Below are positions 38,366 to 49,045 of a DNA stretch of 64,000 bases, one piece after another. Position 1 is the stretch's first letter, and every line of letters starts with the position of its first letter. Made by a program: the position numbers and the translations under genes. Below the pieces are notes generated by a model. The model made no database searches, was not told the DNA's origin, and was given only the letters and a program-made list of their open reading frames with translations. Source of the DNA: Laetmonice hystrix (lineage: Eukaryota); contig OZ249442.1 of assembly GCA_965235115.1 (NCBI GenBank), positions 6,882,001-6,946,000 of the forward strand. The letters are read 5' to 3'.

Positions 38366-38981
38366 TTAGCGGGGGTGGAGAGTAATGTTCGTTTTGGCGG
38401 CTTTTGCTATGAGGGCGGACCACAGTTTTTGAGTTGCCGTATTTGGATGTAGACCATCATAAAATCAATTGTATTTATTTATCCTGCGTCCGTTGGTTAG
38501 GCTATGTATTGTGTCCATGGTCCATTACGACTTGATTGAGGGTTATAACTCCATCGTTTATGACTGCCTGAGCAGTATCAAAATCTGTTATGTGACCACG
38601 GTACGTGTTGTATACATTAATGTCCAGCCCGGTGGGTTGGCAGATTATAACACATTTGGAGTAACGTTGTAGATATGTTTTCGCCCAGGTAAAGTAATCT
38701 GTTAACACATCTACCATATTTGGTATTTCGGTAAAAGTTGGAGTGATTTTACCAGTTGGCGATTTAGAAGTTAGGTTGTTCACACCGGCCATTAGATATA
38801 TAAAATCGAATGATCCTGACTTCAAATAATGGTCCGCTGCTTTGACTGCTGTAGTAATGGTGGCACCAGGTGTGGTGGAAACTGTGAAGTTAGTCGGGAT
38901 ATTGCGGTTGGCACATTCCAGGTTTATAAAATATTCAAGTCCTCTGCCTCGTGAGTCACATATGAGTAAGGAGGGTGTCAT
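38366..38981 (-). pseudogene. SGNH/GDSL esterase ORF of the LINE, disrupted by a frameshift and an in-frame TGA
   Basis: ATG at 38981. Block I LLICDSRG, block II TTPGAT, block III AGVNNL in the listed frame (stop 38502-38504). The C-terminus continues in the +1 frame as WTMDTIHSLTNGRRINKYN*FYDGLHPNTATQKLWSALIAKAAKTNITLHPR* (TGA 38465-38467, block V DGLHP 38444-38458, stop 38366-38368). Confidence 0.8.
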
Positions 38982-38982
38982 C

Positions 38983-40275
38983 TTACAGATCCTGTCTAAC
39001 CTTTTGGAGTAAATCTCCAAACTTGTTTTGGCCTGGACAGTTGGAGTCAATGCGGGAGGCTTGCATTAGGGTGAGACCACATCCATAGAAGGGGTCGCGG
39101 GTTGCTTCGTACAGTGAGCAGTTCCCGGTGGCCTTGAGTTTCTCCAACAGGCTGGTGTTCTGTTCAAATTTAGCCTTGACAATAGTTTCCAACTTTTCAA
39201 GTTTCTTTGTTGTCCATGCGTCAGTGGTCTTAATTCTTCTTGCAATTTTGTGGGCTTCAAACGGGTCCGTAGTGGCTAGTATAGACTCCGCTAGTACTTG
39301 TTCACCATGTTCCACGGCCTTCTGATGGCAGAATGCTTGCTCAGCACTGTTATATGTGACACCCTTGAGTTCAATATTACATGGGTACATGTTAGACATG
39401 TAGGACTCCTGACCTTGGAAGGCGATACCACTCTGTATATGTAGGGTTTTCGCTTCAGTGAGGGAAAGATTGTGTGGGAGGTATTGGAGGTCAATTTGAG
39501 TGTATCGCCTGCCGTCAATCACAAGGGCCTCTCCTTTCAGTTTGGCATTCAGGTGTTTAATTTTAGCCAGGTTGTATATGTGTTGCATTACATGCCGCCT
39601 TGATTGAGCTTTGGGTGAGAGGTCATCAACAATAGAGATCCTTGCCCAGCGTTGGTGGTCCTTAAGCCTCTTGACCTTGCTGTATACGTCACTCTTTGAG
39701 GTGGTGCGGCTAAGTTGTATTAGAATAGGTCGGGGGTTGGTTCTATTTTTGTTCCTGTCCCCCAGTCTGTAGACAGCACAACAATCAGCTATTGTAGTTT
39801 CAGTGCCCAGATCAGTTAGTAAGTCGCTTACTATTACTTTCACATTTTCTCCATTTCTTTCTGGGATCCCATGTATGATTAAGTTAAACTTGCGTTTGTC
39901 ATTCTCTATCTTCTCTAGTCTACTCTCCAGGGTATCAATACGCTCCACCAGTTGAGAGTTTTCAGCTCCGACGCGCACTATTTGTTTGTTTAATTCTTTG
40001 ATAGTTTCCTCTTGTTCATCTACTTTGGCTTTTATCTCCTTCATTTCTTTAACACTTTCAGAGACTTCGTTCAGCTGTGCACTCATCTGATTCACATTGT
40101 TATTTGTTGTCATCATTAGTACATAGAGGTCTCGTAGGGTCGGCGTATCGTCTGTATCTGACTGGAGGGGTCTAATTGTTGGCGCCTCTCCCGGTAACTC
40201 GCTCACCTCTTTGTCCGTGTTCATATCTATTGTAGGATTCCTGTTTGTAGCCTTGGATCTTGTCCTTTGTGACAT
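38983..40275 (-). CDS. LINE ORF1 (coiled coil + L1-type RRM/CTD) fused to a C-terminal NADAR (YbiA/DUF1768) domain, 430 aa from the first ATG
   Basis: First ATG at 40275 (MSQRTRSK; the track's start at 40344 is GTG). Heptad-rich segment (LNEVSESV...LEKIEND), RRM motifs RKFNLIIHGIPE, YRLG, PRPILIQL, ISIVDDLS. NADAR at 38986-39426: F....YMSNMYP, GVTYNSAEQAF..QKA, AKFEQN..L..KLKATG, LYEATRDPFYGCG, GQNKFGDLLQKVR. Confidence 0.92.
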   Translation of the reverse strand: MSQRTRSKATNRNPTIDMNTDKEVSELPGEAPTIRPLQSDTDDTPTLRDLYVLMMTTNNNVNQMSAQLNEVSESVKEMKEIKAKVDEQEETIKELNKQIVRVGAENSQLVERIDTLESRLEKIENDKRKFNLIIHGIPERNGENVKVIVSDLLTDLGTETTIADCCAVYRLGDRNKNRTNPRPILIQLSRTTSKSDVYSKVKRLKDHQRWARISIVDDLSPKAQSRRHVMQHIYNLAKIKHLNAKLKGEALVIDGRRYTQIDLQYLPHNLSLTEAKTLHIQSGIAFQGQESYMSNMYPCNIELKGVTYNSAEQAFCHQKAVEHGEQVLAESILATTDPFEAHKIARRIKTTDAWTTKKLEKLETIVKAKFEQNTSLLEKLKATGNCSLYEATRDPFYGCGLTLMQASRIDSNCPGQNKFGDLLQKVRQDL

Positions 40276-40796
40276 TTGGATTGTTCTTGGTTCGCACAGC
40301 TTACAGGTTGTCTTGTTGTGGTTCTGGATCTCGTTAAATCTCACAGTAATGTCCCGGTTAGCTAGTTAAAAGTGATTTTCCTGAGAGCCCGCGGTCGACA
40401 CGTCTGGTCACTCTGACGCCATATTTGATTTGAACACTGCAGGGAGGACTGAGAGAAGTTCAGTATGGTTCTCTTGTTGTCCGAAACCTACATCATTTAC
40501 ACGATCTTTATCTATTCATTCTCACCGTATTAGTTCCGAGGCAATGATTGCAGTCAATAGGGGGCTCAGGTCCCATCTTGGTGCCGATGAAAGTAATCGT
40601 TTCGGGTCTGATTGCCTCTCTCCCTTGTAGCAGGCCTTCAGTCAGATATTGTATTCAAGTGAAAGCAGTGTTCAATGCCAGTGTGTTTAAAATAGAACGA
40701 ATCACAAGAGAGAATCAACCGGGGCAGGGGTCACCTAGACTATTTTGGAGATAGTTTACAGATATGCCATCTCGACGTTTAAGCGAGTAAACTAAA

Positions 40797-41111
40797 AATA
40801 GAACTGTCGAGGAGGGCTGATTGTGAATGTTAAGGTAATAGAACTGTCGAGGAGGGCTGATTGTGAATGTTAAGGTAATAGAACTGTCGAGGAGGGCTGA
40901 TTGTGAATGTTAAGGTAATAGAACTGGTGAGGAGGGCTGATTGTGAATGTTAAGGTAATAGAACTGTCGAGGAGGGCTGGTTGTGAATGTTAAGGTAATA
41001 GAACTGTCGAGGAGAGCTGATTGTGAATGTTAAGGTAATAGAACTGTCGAGGAGGGCTGATTGTGAATGTTAAGGTAATAGAACTGTCGGGGAGGGCTGA
41101 TTGTGAATGTT
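40797..41111. repeat. 40-bp minisatellite, ~8 copies
   Basis: Unit TAATAGAACTGTCGAGGAGGGCTGATTGTGAATGTTAAGG. Confidence 0.95.
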
Positions 41112-41278
41112 TTTGTACGATCGGTTGATTCTAGCTCCTGTATACCCGAGGATTTGAGGATTTTTACCTTGACTTTCTCGGGGTTGGTGAGTGGGAATGA
41201 TATTGGGTGATTCCCCGGAAACTTGGATCACCTCTAGTCTTGAAATAGACCTTCTAATTTGACGTCATATATACATCA

Positions 41279-41495
41279 AGGCCGTCCGGGGCGGGGTGGT
41301 GGTGGTCCGGGGTGTCTGTACCTCCCGCCCCCCCCCCCATCCAAAATCAAGTATAGGGCTTGAAATGGATCACTTTTGACATGTAATTTCAGTCCTTATT
41401 TTGTGCTCTAAGATGTGGCCCCCGGACGTCCCCCCTAGCATGGCTTCCCCCGGCCCAGGTGTACCCCCCTCCGTCAGAAAATCGTGCGCACGGCC
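41279..41495. mobile_element. Possible degenerate GC-rich MITE
   Basis: GGCCGTCCG at left vs CGCACGGCC at right, poly-C tracts near both ends; layout resembles the 2991 element. TIR match is only ~6-9 bp. Confidence 0.3.
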
Positions 41496-41638
41496 CGGTA
41501 CATGACCTATGCCATGGTTTACTGATGTTTTCCTAATCCCTTGATGCAGTAATCAGTAAACGTGATCCAGGCGATCATGGTAGGGCATGGAAGATGTTTA
41601 AATATTCTCTCGGTCACGTCATGGCACATACCGGACCC

Positions 41639-42067
41639 CGTTGCTCCTAATCTGCGTAGTTCTTATTCTTAATCTTATTCTTTAAGGCCCTTCTAAGATG
41701 CTTTGAGAGATTAAAGAATGTTGGCGTTGCTTCTGAACCCTCGTATCTGATCGTATCTTATAAATTTAACCTACCAAATCCATTTTGGAGTGTGTGGTTA
41801 CCTAATAAGACACTTGAGCGACATGTTTTAATTAAAAACTTGCATATACGCGACCGATTTCATTAAGAAAAACTTAAAATGTTATTATGATACGTACGAT
41901 AATCATCCTCTCTTACTTCTTAAGACAGCCCCCTGAGGCTGTCTTAGGAAGTAAGAATTTTCACGTTTTTCTACGATAAGATACGATACGAAATAATGTA
42001 GAGCAACACTTGACCGTTATTATCCTAAATTTCTTTAAAGAATGTACTAACGAATCCTGGAGCAACG
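41639..42067. mobile_element. ~430-bp degenerate foldback MITE
   Basis: Several inverted repeats: terminal CGTTGCTCC/GGAGCAACG; ATCGTATCTTAT/ATAAGATACGAT; a 20-bp stem TCTTACTTCTTAAGACAGCC (41911-41930) / GGCTGTCTTAGGAAGTAAGA (41937-41956) with 1 mismatch and a 6-nt loop. Confidence 0.55.
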
Positions 42068-42068
42068 A

Positions 42069-42121
42069 CAGGCGTCAGGCACACAGGCGTCAGGCACACA
42101 GGCGTCAGGCACACAGGCGTC
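42069..42121. repeat. 15-bp tandem repeat, ~3.5 copies
   Basis: Unit CAGGCGTCAGGCACA. Confidence 0.85.
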
Positions 42122-42623
42122 ACCTTGACATGAAAACCTTTATGTTATTGAACAAGTAAATGTACGTCGTCTTGAACACTTCTGGTAGGGTAACTAATAA
42201 ACTCCGATTAAAAAAATGGAATCCTGAATAAGTGCACAATTATTTCATTCAATGTATATGGTTTGAAGTGGTTGAAACACGCGGAGAACTTTATTCTTCC
42301 GGGAGGACAGGGCGTGATAATGTACATCATGCATTGCTTTGATGTACACATCTTCTTCAGACATATATATGTCAGGAATACAACACGGATGTCACTTGTG
42401 GCGTCTTTGTGTTGAGGAGGTAGCTGTTTGTTAGTAAGATCCACATCCAGGCCGGGAGGGGGGCTGCAATCACCAAGCTCAGATTACTGTGGAGGCTGAG
42501 GGATGAAAGCCAGGCTCGGGTGTCCAATTTGTCTAAGCGCTTTTCATCAAAATGAACTTTCCTTGGAAGTGTGAAATGTCACAGGTAAGTGGCACATGGA
42601 TGTAGGAAAGTGTTTCTGACCTT

Positions 42624-43448
42624 TCAGTGTTTCAGAGTTGGGCAATGATATTGATGTCCATTCCGTGTTTGTAACAGGTCAGTGTTTCAGAGTTGGGCAA
42701 TGATATTGATGTCCATTCCGTGTTTGTAACAGGTCAGTGTTTCAGAGTTGGGCAATGATATTGATGTCCATTCCGTGTTTGTAACAGGTCAGTGTTTCAG
42801 AGTTGGGCAATGATATTGATGTCCATTCCGTGTTTGTAACAGGTCAGTGTTTCAGAGTTGGGCAGTGATATTGATGTCCATTCCGTGTTTGTAACAGGTC
42901 AGTGTTTCAGAGTTGGGCAATGATATTGATGTCCATTCCGTGTTTGTAACAGGTCAGTGTTTCAGAGTTGGGCAGTGATATTGATGTCCATTCCGTGTTT
43001 GTAACAGGTCAGTGTTTCAGAGTTGGGCAATGATATTGATGTCCATTCCGTGTTTGTAACAGGTCAGTGTTTCAGAGTTGGGCAATGATATTGATGTCCA
43101 TTCCGTGTTTGTAACAGGTCAGTGTTTCAGAGTTGGGCAATGATATTGATGTCCATTCCGTGTTTGTAACAGGTCAGTGTTTCAGAGTTGGGCAATGATA
43201 TTGATGTCCATTCCGTGTTTGTAACAGGTCAGTGTTTCAGAGTTGGGCAATGATATTGATGTCCATTCCGTGTTTGTAACAGGTCAGTGTTTCAGAGTTG
43301 GGCAATGATATTGATGTCCATTCCGTGTTTGCAACAGGTCAGTGTTTCAGAGTTGGGCAATGATATTGATGTCAATTCCGTGTTTGTAACAGGTCAGTGT
43401 TTCAGAGTTGGGCAATGATATTGATGTCTATTCCGTGTTTGTAACAGG
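42624..43448. repeat. 55-bp minisatellite, 15 copies
   Basis: Unit TCAGTGTTTCAGAGTTGGGCAATGATATTGATGTCCATTCCGTGTTTGTAACAGG. Confidence 0.97.
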
Positions 43449-43578
43449 ATGCCCGGAAACTATCGGTACAATGTACGGAGTGCTTTCAATCCTTGACACT
43501 AGGTGGCGCCTCGATATGAGTAACCGTCAACAATTCTCCAGCGTTTTCACTCACACTCAGCCAGTGACAGCAGCGCCA

Positions 43579-44932
43579 ATACAACACACACCCCATGGTC
43601 ATGATACACCAGACACCCCATGGTCACGAGACAACACACCCCATGGTCACGACACAACCCACACCCCATGGTCATGATACAGTACACACCCCATGGTCAC
43701 GAGACAACACACACCCCATGGTCACGACACAACACACACCCCATGGTCACGATACAACACACCCCATGGTCACGACACAACACACACCCCATGGTCACGA
43801 TACAACACACCCCATGGTCACGACACAACACACACCCCATGGTCACGATACAACACACCCCATGTTCACGAGACAACACACACCACATGGTCACGATACA
43901 ACACACACCCCATGTTCACGAGACAACACACACCACATGGTCATGATACAGCACACACCCCATGGTCATGATACAGCACACACCCCATGGTCACGAGACA
44001 ACACACACCCCATGGTCATGATACAGCAGACACCCCATGGTCACGATACAACACACACCCCATGGTCACGACACAACACACACCCCATGGTCACGATACA
44101 ACACACCCCATGTTCACGACACAACACACACCCCATGGTCACGATACAACACACACCCCATGGTCACGATACAACACACCCCATGTTCACGACACAACAC
44201 ACACCCCATGGCCACGGTACAGCACACACCCCATGGCCATGATACAGCACACACCCCATGGTCATGACACAACACACACCCCATGGTCACGATACAACAC
44301 ACACCCCATGGTCACGATACAACACACCCCATGTTCACGACACAACACACACCCCATGGCCACGGTACAACACACACCCCATGGTCACGGTACAGCACAC
44401 ACCCCATGGTCATGATACAGCACACCCCCCATGGTCACGATACAAGACACACCCCATGGTCATGAAACAGCACACACCCCATGGTCACGATACAGCACAC
44501 ACCCCATGGTCACGGTACAGCACACACCCCATGGTCACGATACAACACACAACCCATGGGCATGATACAACACACACCCCATGGTCATGATACAGCACAC
44601 ACCCCATGGTCACGATACAGCACACACCCCATGGTCACGGTACAGCACACACCCCATGGCCATGATACAGCACACACCCCATGGTCACGGTACAGCACAC
44701 ACCCCATGGTCACGATACAACACACAACCCATGGGCATGATACAACACACACCCCATGGTCATGATACAGCACACACCCCATGGTCACGGTACAGCACAC
44801 ACCCCATGGTCACGATACAACACACACCCCATGGTCACGATACAGCACACACCCCATGGTCATGATACAGCACACACCCCATGGTCACGAGACAACACAC
44901 ACCCCATGGTCACGATACAGCACACACCCCAT
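43579..44932. repeat. 23-25-bp minisatellite, ~55 copies
   Basis: Unit ACA(A/G)CACACACCCCATGGTCA(C/T)GAT. Confidence 0.95.
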
Positions 44933-45654
44933 AAATCAGAATGATTTAATCTTTCATGATAACCATGCACCTTTCACACTCACCAGCAAACTGTCGTGGA
45001 TATAGCACTAAGGGGTTGGAAATGCACATAGTTATATTTTCAGGAATGATAACTAATTTATAGCTGTTGGTTTTGGGTGACTTGAGTTATTTTCATGTCG
45101 TGAAAGGTTACTTTTAGGTGTTGTCATGTGGTAGTCTCTCCAGGAGTATGCGATTACAGCAAACGTTACTACCATCTGGTGGGACACAGGTTTGACCTCG
45201 GGTCAGCTGACCCTTGCTCATGGCCATACACAGAGGTCAAACTGACCGTCAGGTGTGTCACCATGCTGACCAGTGATGGCCTGACCCTCCCCTGACAGCT
45301 GCCCCCTGAGATGAGCTCCGGGTAAAGCTCCCCCAGGCCAGGGCGGGGCACCCTGAGGACGTCTATCAGAGAGGGATCAAATAGGATCGACAGGGGGAGC
45401 GTCTCGCTGTGATTGAGGTCTCGCTATCAGCATGGCCCTGGGAGTTCACAGGCCGTGACGTGCATGTAGCCACATCACACAGTGATTCTGTTTTAAAAAA
45501 AAGCTTTTGATAATACGCATTGCTCTAGGAGTCGAGGAATCGCACAATACGTTTCCTGTAAACAACAGCCTCAGTTTGTTTGAGGATTGTGGACTGGCTG
45601 CATCTCCCAGTTGAGATCTCTATACGTTTTATAACCGACTCTCAATATTGGCGA

Positions 45655-45855
45655 NNNNNNNNNNNNNNNNNNNNNNNNNNNNNNNNNNNNNNNNNNNNNN
45701 NNNNNNNNNNNNNNNNNNNNNNNNNNNNNNNNNNNNNNNNNNNNNNNNNNNNNNNNNNNNNNNNNNNNNNNNNNNNNNNNNNNNNNNNNNNNNNNNNNNN
45801 NNNNNNNNNNNNNNNNNNNNNNNNNNNNNNNNNNNNNNNNNNNNNNNNNNNNNNN
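45655..45855. other. Assembly gap (201 N)
   Basis: Run of N. Confidence 1.
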
Positions 45856-46199
45856 GCCTTGCCCCCTGCCCCCCTCCCCCCTCCCCGCGAATCTCGCATT
45901 TGTAAACTTTAAGTGTAATGAGAAGAATTTGTTCCTGGTTACTTTGTTCAATGTCCTGTCAAGTGCCACGTAAGGCTTCTGGCTGAGACCGGGGTCCGAT
46001 GTGATTGCAGAAATGTGCGTTATTTATTGCGAGGTGCTCATTACGTTGGGAGACAAAGGCAGTGTTAGAGCGAGCAGCGTCGGTGGACGGTATTAGCATA
46101 GAAATGAGGTTGATGTGATTTATAGTGTCATCAAGCATGACTGTGTGGATCACGTGGGGGATGACATGATGCCGGTATCACCAACTCCCATCATCCCCT

Positions 46200-47086
46200 C
46201 ACTCCAACACACCAACCCTCTCTGTGAGGGAATTCGGCATTCATTATCAAATATAACCCACTCCAACACACCAACCCCTTCTGTGAGGGAATTCGGCATT
46301 CATTATCAAATATAACCCACTCCAACACACCAACCCCTTCTGTGAGGGAATTCGGCATTCATTATCAAATATAACCCACTCCAACACACCATCCCTCTCT
46401 GTGTGGGAATTCGGCATTCATTATCAAATATAACCCACTCCAACACACCAACCCCTTCTGTGAGGGAATTCGGCATTCATTATCAAATATAACCCACTCC
46501 AACACACCAACCCCCTCTGTGAGGGAATTCGGCATTCATTATCAAATATAACCCACTCCAACACACCAACGCTCTCTGTGAAGGAATTCGGCATTCATTA
46601 TCAAATATAACCCACTCCAACACACCAACCCCCTCTGTGAGGGAATTCGGCATTCATTATCAAATATAACCCACTCCAACATACCAACCCCCTCTGTGAG
46701 GGAATTCGGCATTCATTATCAAATATAACCCACTCCAACACACTAACCCCCTCTGTGAGGGAATTCGGCATTCATGATCAAATATAACCCACTCCAACAC
46801 ACTAACCCCCTCTGTGAGGGAATTCGGCATTCATTATCAAATATAACCCACTCCAACACACCATCCTCTGTGAGGGAATTCGGCATTCATTATCAAATAT
46901 AACCCACTCCAACACACCATCCCCCTCTGTGAGGGAATTCGGCATTCATTATCAAATATAACCCACTCCAACACACCAACCCCCTCTGTGTGGGAATTCG
47001 GCATTCATGATCAAATATAACCCACTCCAACACACCATCCCCCTCTGTGAGGGAATTCGACATTCAATATCAAGTAAAACCCACTC
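46200..47086. repeat. 59-bp minisatellite, ~15 copies
   Basis: Unit AACCCACTCCAACACACCAACCCCCTCTGTGAGGGAATTCGGCATTCATTATCAAATAT. Confidence 0.96.
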
Positions 47087-47180
47087 GGGACACATTTCAT
47101 TGTCGCATACTGGTACATAGATCAACGAAATCATCATTTCAGTACTTCCTTGAAGGGGCTCACACTTTGTGGTGAAAAAA

Positions 47181-49045
47181 TAGATAAATGATGTACGAAT
47201 TGAGGTGGTTTACTAATAGATAAATGATAATGAGGTGGTTTACTTTAATAGATAAATAATATACAAGTAATGAGGTGGTTTACTTATAGATAATTGATGT
47301 ACAAGTAATGAGGTGGTTTACTTATAGATAAATGATGTACAAGTAATGACGTGGTTTACTTATAGATAAATGATGTACAAGTAATGAGGTGGTTTACTTA
47401 TAGATAAATGATGTACAAGTAATGAGGTGGTTTACTTATAGATAAATGATGTACAAGTAATGAGGTGGTTTACTTATAGATAAATGATGTACAAGTAATG
47501 AGGTGGTTTACTTATAGATAAATGATGTACAAGTAATGAGGTGGTTTACTTATAGATAAATGATGTACAAGTAATGAGGTGGTTTATTTATAGATAAATG
47601 ATGTACAAGTAATGAGGTGGGTTACTTACAGATAAATGATGTACAAGTAATGAGGTGGTTTACTTATAGATAATTGATGTACAAGTAATGAGGTGGTTTA
47701 CTTATAGATAAATGATGTACAAGTAATGAGGTGGTTTACTTATAGATAACTGATGTACAAGTAATGAGGTGGTTTACTTATAGATAATTGATGTACAAGT
47801 AATGAGGTGGTTTACTTATAGATAAATGATGTACATGTAATGAGGTGGTTTACTTATAGATAAATGATGTACATAACAATGTACAAGTAATGAGGTGGTT
47901 TACTTATAGATAAATGATGTACAAGTAATGAGGTGGTTTACTTATAGATAATTGATGTACAATAATGAGGTGGTTTACTTATAGATAAATGATGTACAAG
48001 TAATGAGGTGGTTTACTTATAGATAACTGATGTACAAGTAATGAGGTGGTTTACTTATAGATAAATGATGTACAAGTAATGAGGTGGTTTACTTATAGAT
48101 AAATGATGTACAAGTAATGAGGTGGTTTACTTATAGATAAATGATGTACAAGTAATGAGGTGGGTTACTTATAGATAAATGATGTACAAGTAATGAGGTG
48201 GTTTACTTATAGATAACTGATGTACAAGTAATGAGGTGGTTTACTTATAGATAAATAATGTACATAACAATGTACAAGTAATGAGGTGGTTTACTTATAG
48301 ATAAATGATGTACAAGTAATGAGGTGGTTTACTTATAGATAATTGATGTACAATAATGAGGTGGTTTACTTATAGATAAATGATGTACAAGTAATGAGGT
48401 GGTTTACTTATAGATAACTGATGTACAAGTAATGAGGTGGTTTACTTATAGATAAATGATGTACAAGTAATGAGGTGGTTTACTTATAGATAAATGATGT
48501 ACAAGTAATGAGGTGGTTTACTTATAGATAAATGATGTACAAGTAATGAGGTGGGCTACTTATAGATAAATGATGTACAAGTAATGAGGTGGTTTACTTA
48601 TAGATAACTGATGTACAAGTAATGAGGTGGTTTACTATAGATAAATGATGTACAAGTAATGAGGTGGTTTACTTATAGATAAATGATGTACAAGTAATGA
48701 CGTGGTTTACTTATAGATAAATGATGTACAAGTAATGAGGTGGGTTACTTATAGATAAATGATGTACAAGTAATGAGGTGGTTTACATATAGATAAATGA
48801 TGTACAAGTAATGAGGTGGTTTACTTATAGATAACTGATGTACAAGTAATGAGGTGGTTTACTTATAGATAAATGATGTACAAGTAATGAGGTGGGTTAC
48901 TTATAGATAAATGATGTACAAGTAATGAGGTGGTTTACTTATAGATAAATGATGTACAAGTAATGAGGTGGTTTACTTATAGATAAATGATGTACAAGTA
49001 ATGAGGTGGTTTACTTATAGATAACTGATGTACAAGTAATAAGGT
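47181..49045. repeat. 38-bp AT-rich minisatellite, ~49 copies
   Basis: Unit AATGAGGTGGTTTACTTATAGATAAATGATGTACAAGT. Confidence 0.97.

Larger units (their letters stand above)
34592..40430 (-). mobile_element. Probably full-length CR1-group (L2/Crack/Daphne-like) non-LTR retrotransposon, three-ORF layout: ORF1-NADAR, SGNH esterase, APE-RT
   Basis: Three co-oriented ORFs; 3' UTR ~255 nt ending in AATAAA fused to a 20-nt poly(A) (T-run 34592-34611 on +); YY1-like AAATATGGCG at 40417-40426 near the presumed 5' end. 5' boundary approximate, no TSD found. Clade assignment is from motif style only. Confidence 0.88.

Noticed and set aside
40276-40344. 23-aa N-terminal extension of ORF1 given in the ORF track
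   Set aside because: Starts at GTG; in a eukaryote the first ATG (40275) is the likely start. Likewise the esterase track start at 39050 overlaps ORF1, and ATG 38981 is preferred.
40424-40441. TGATTTGAACACTGCA as a degenerate TSD matching TGATTTCAACCAGCA next to the LINE tail
   Set aside because: Needs several mismatches and does not include the bases adjacent to the poly(A); implausible for an otherwise young copy.
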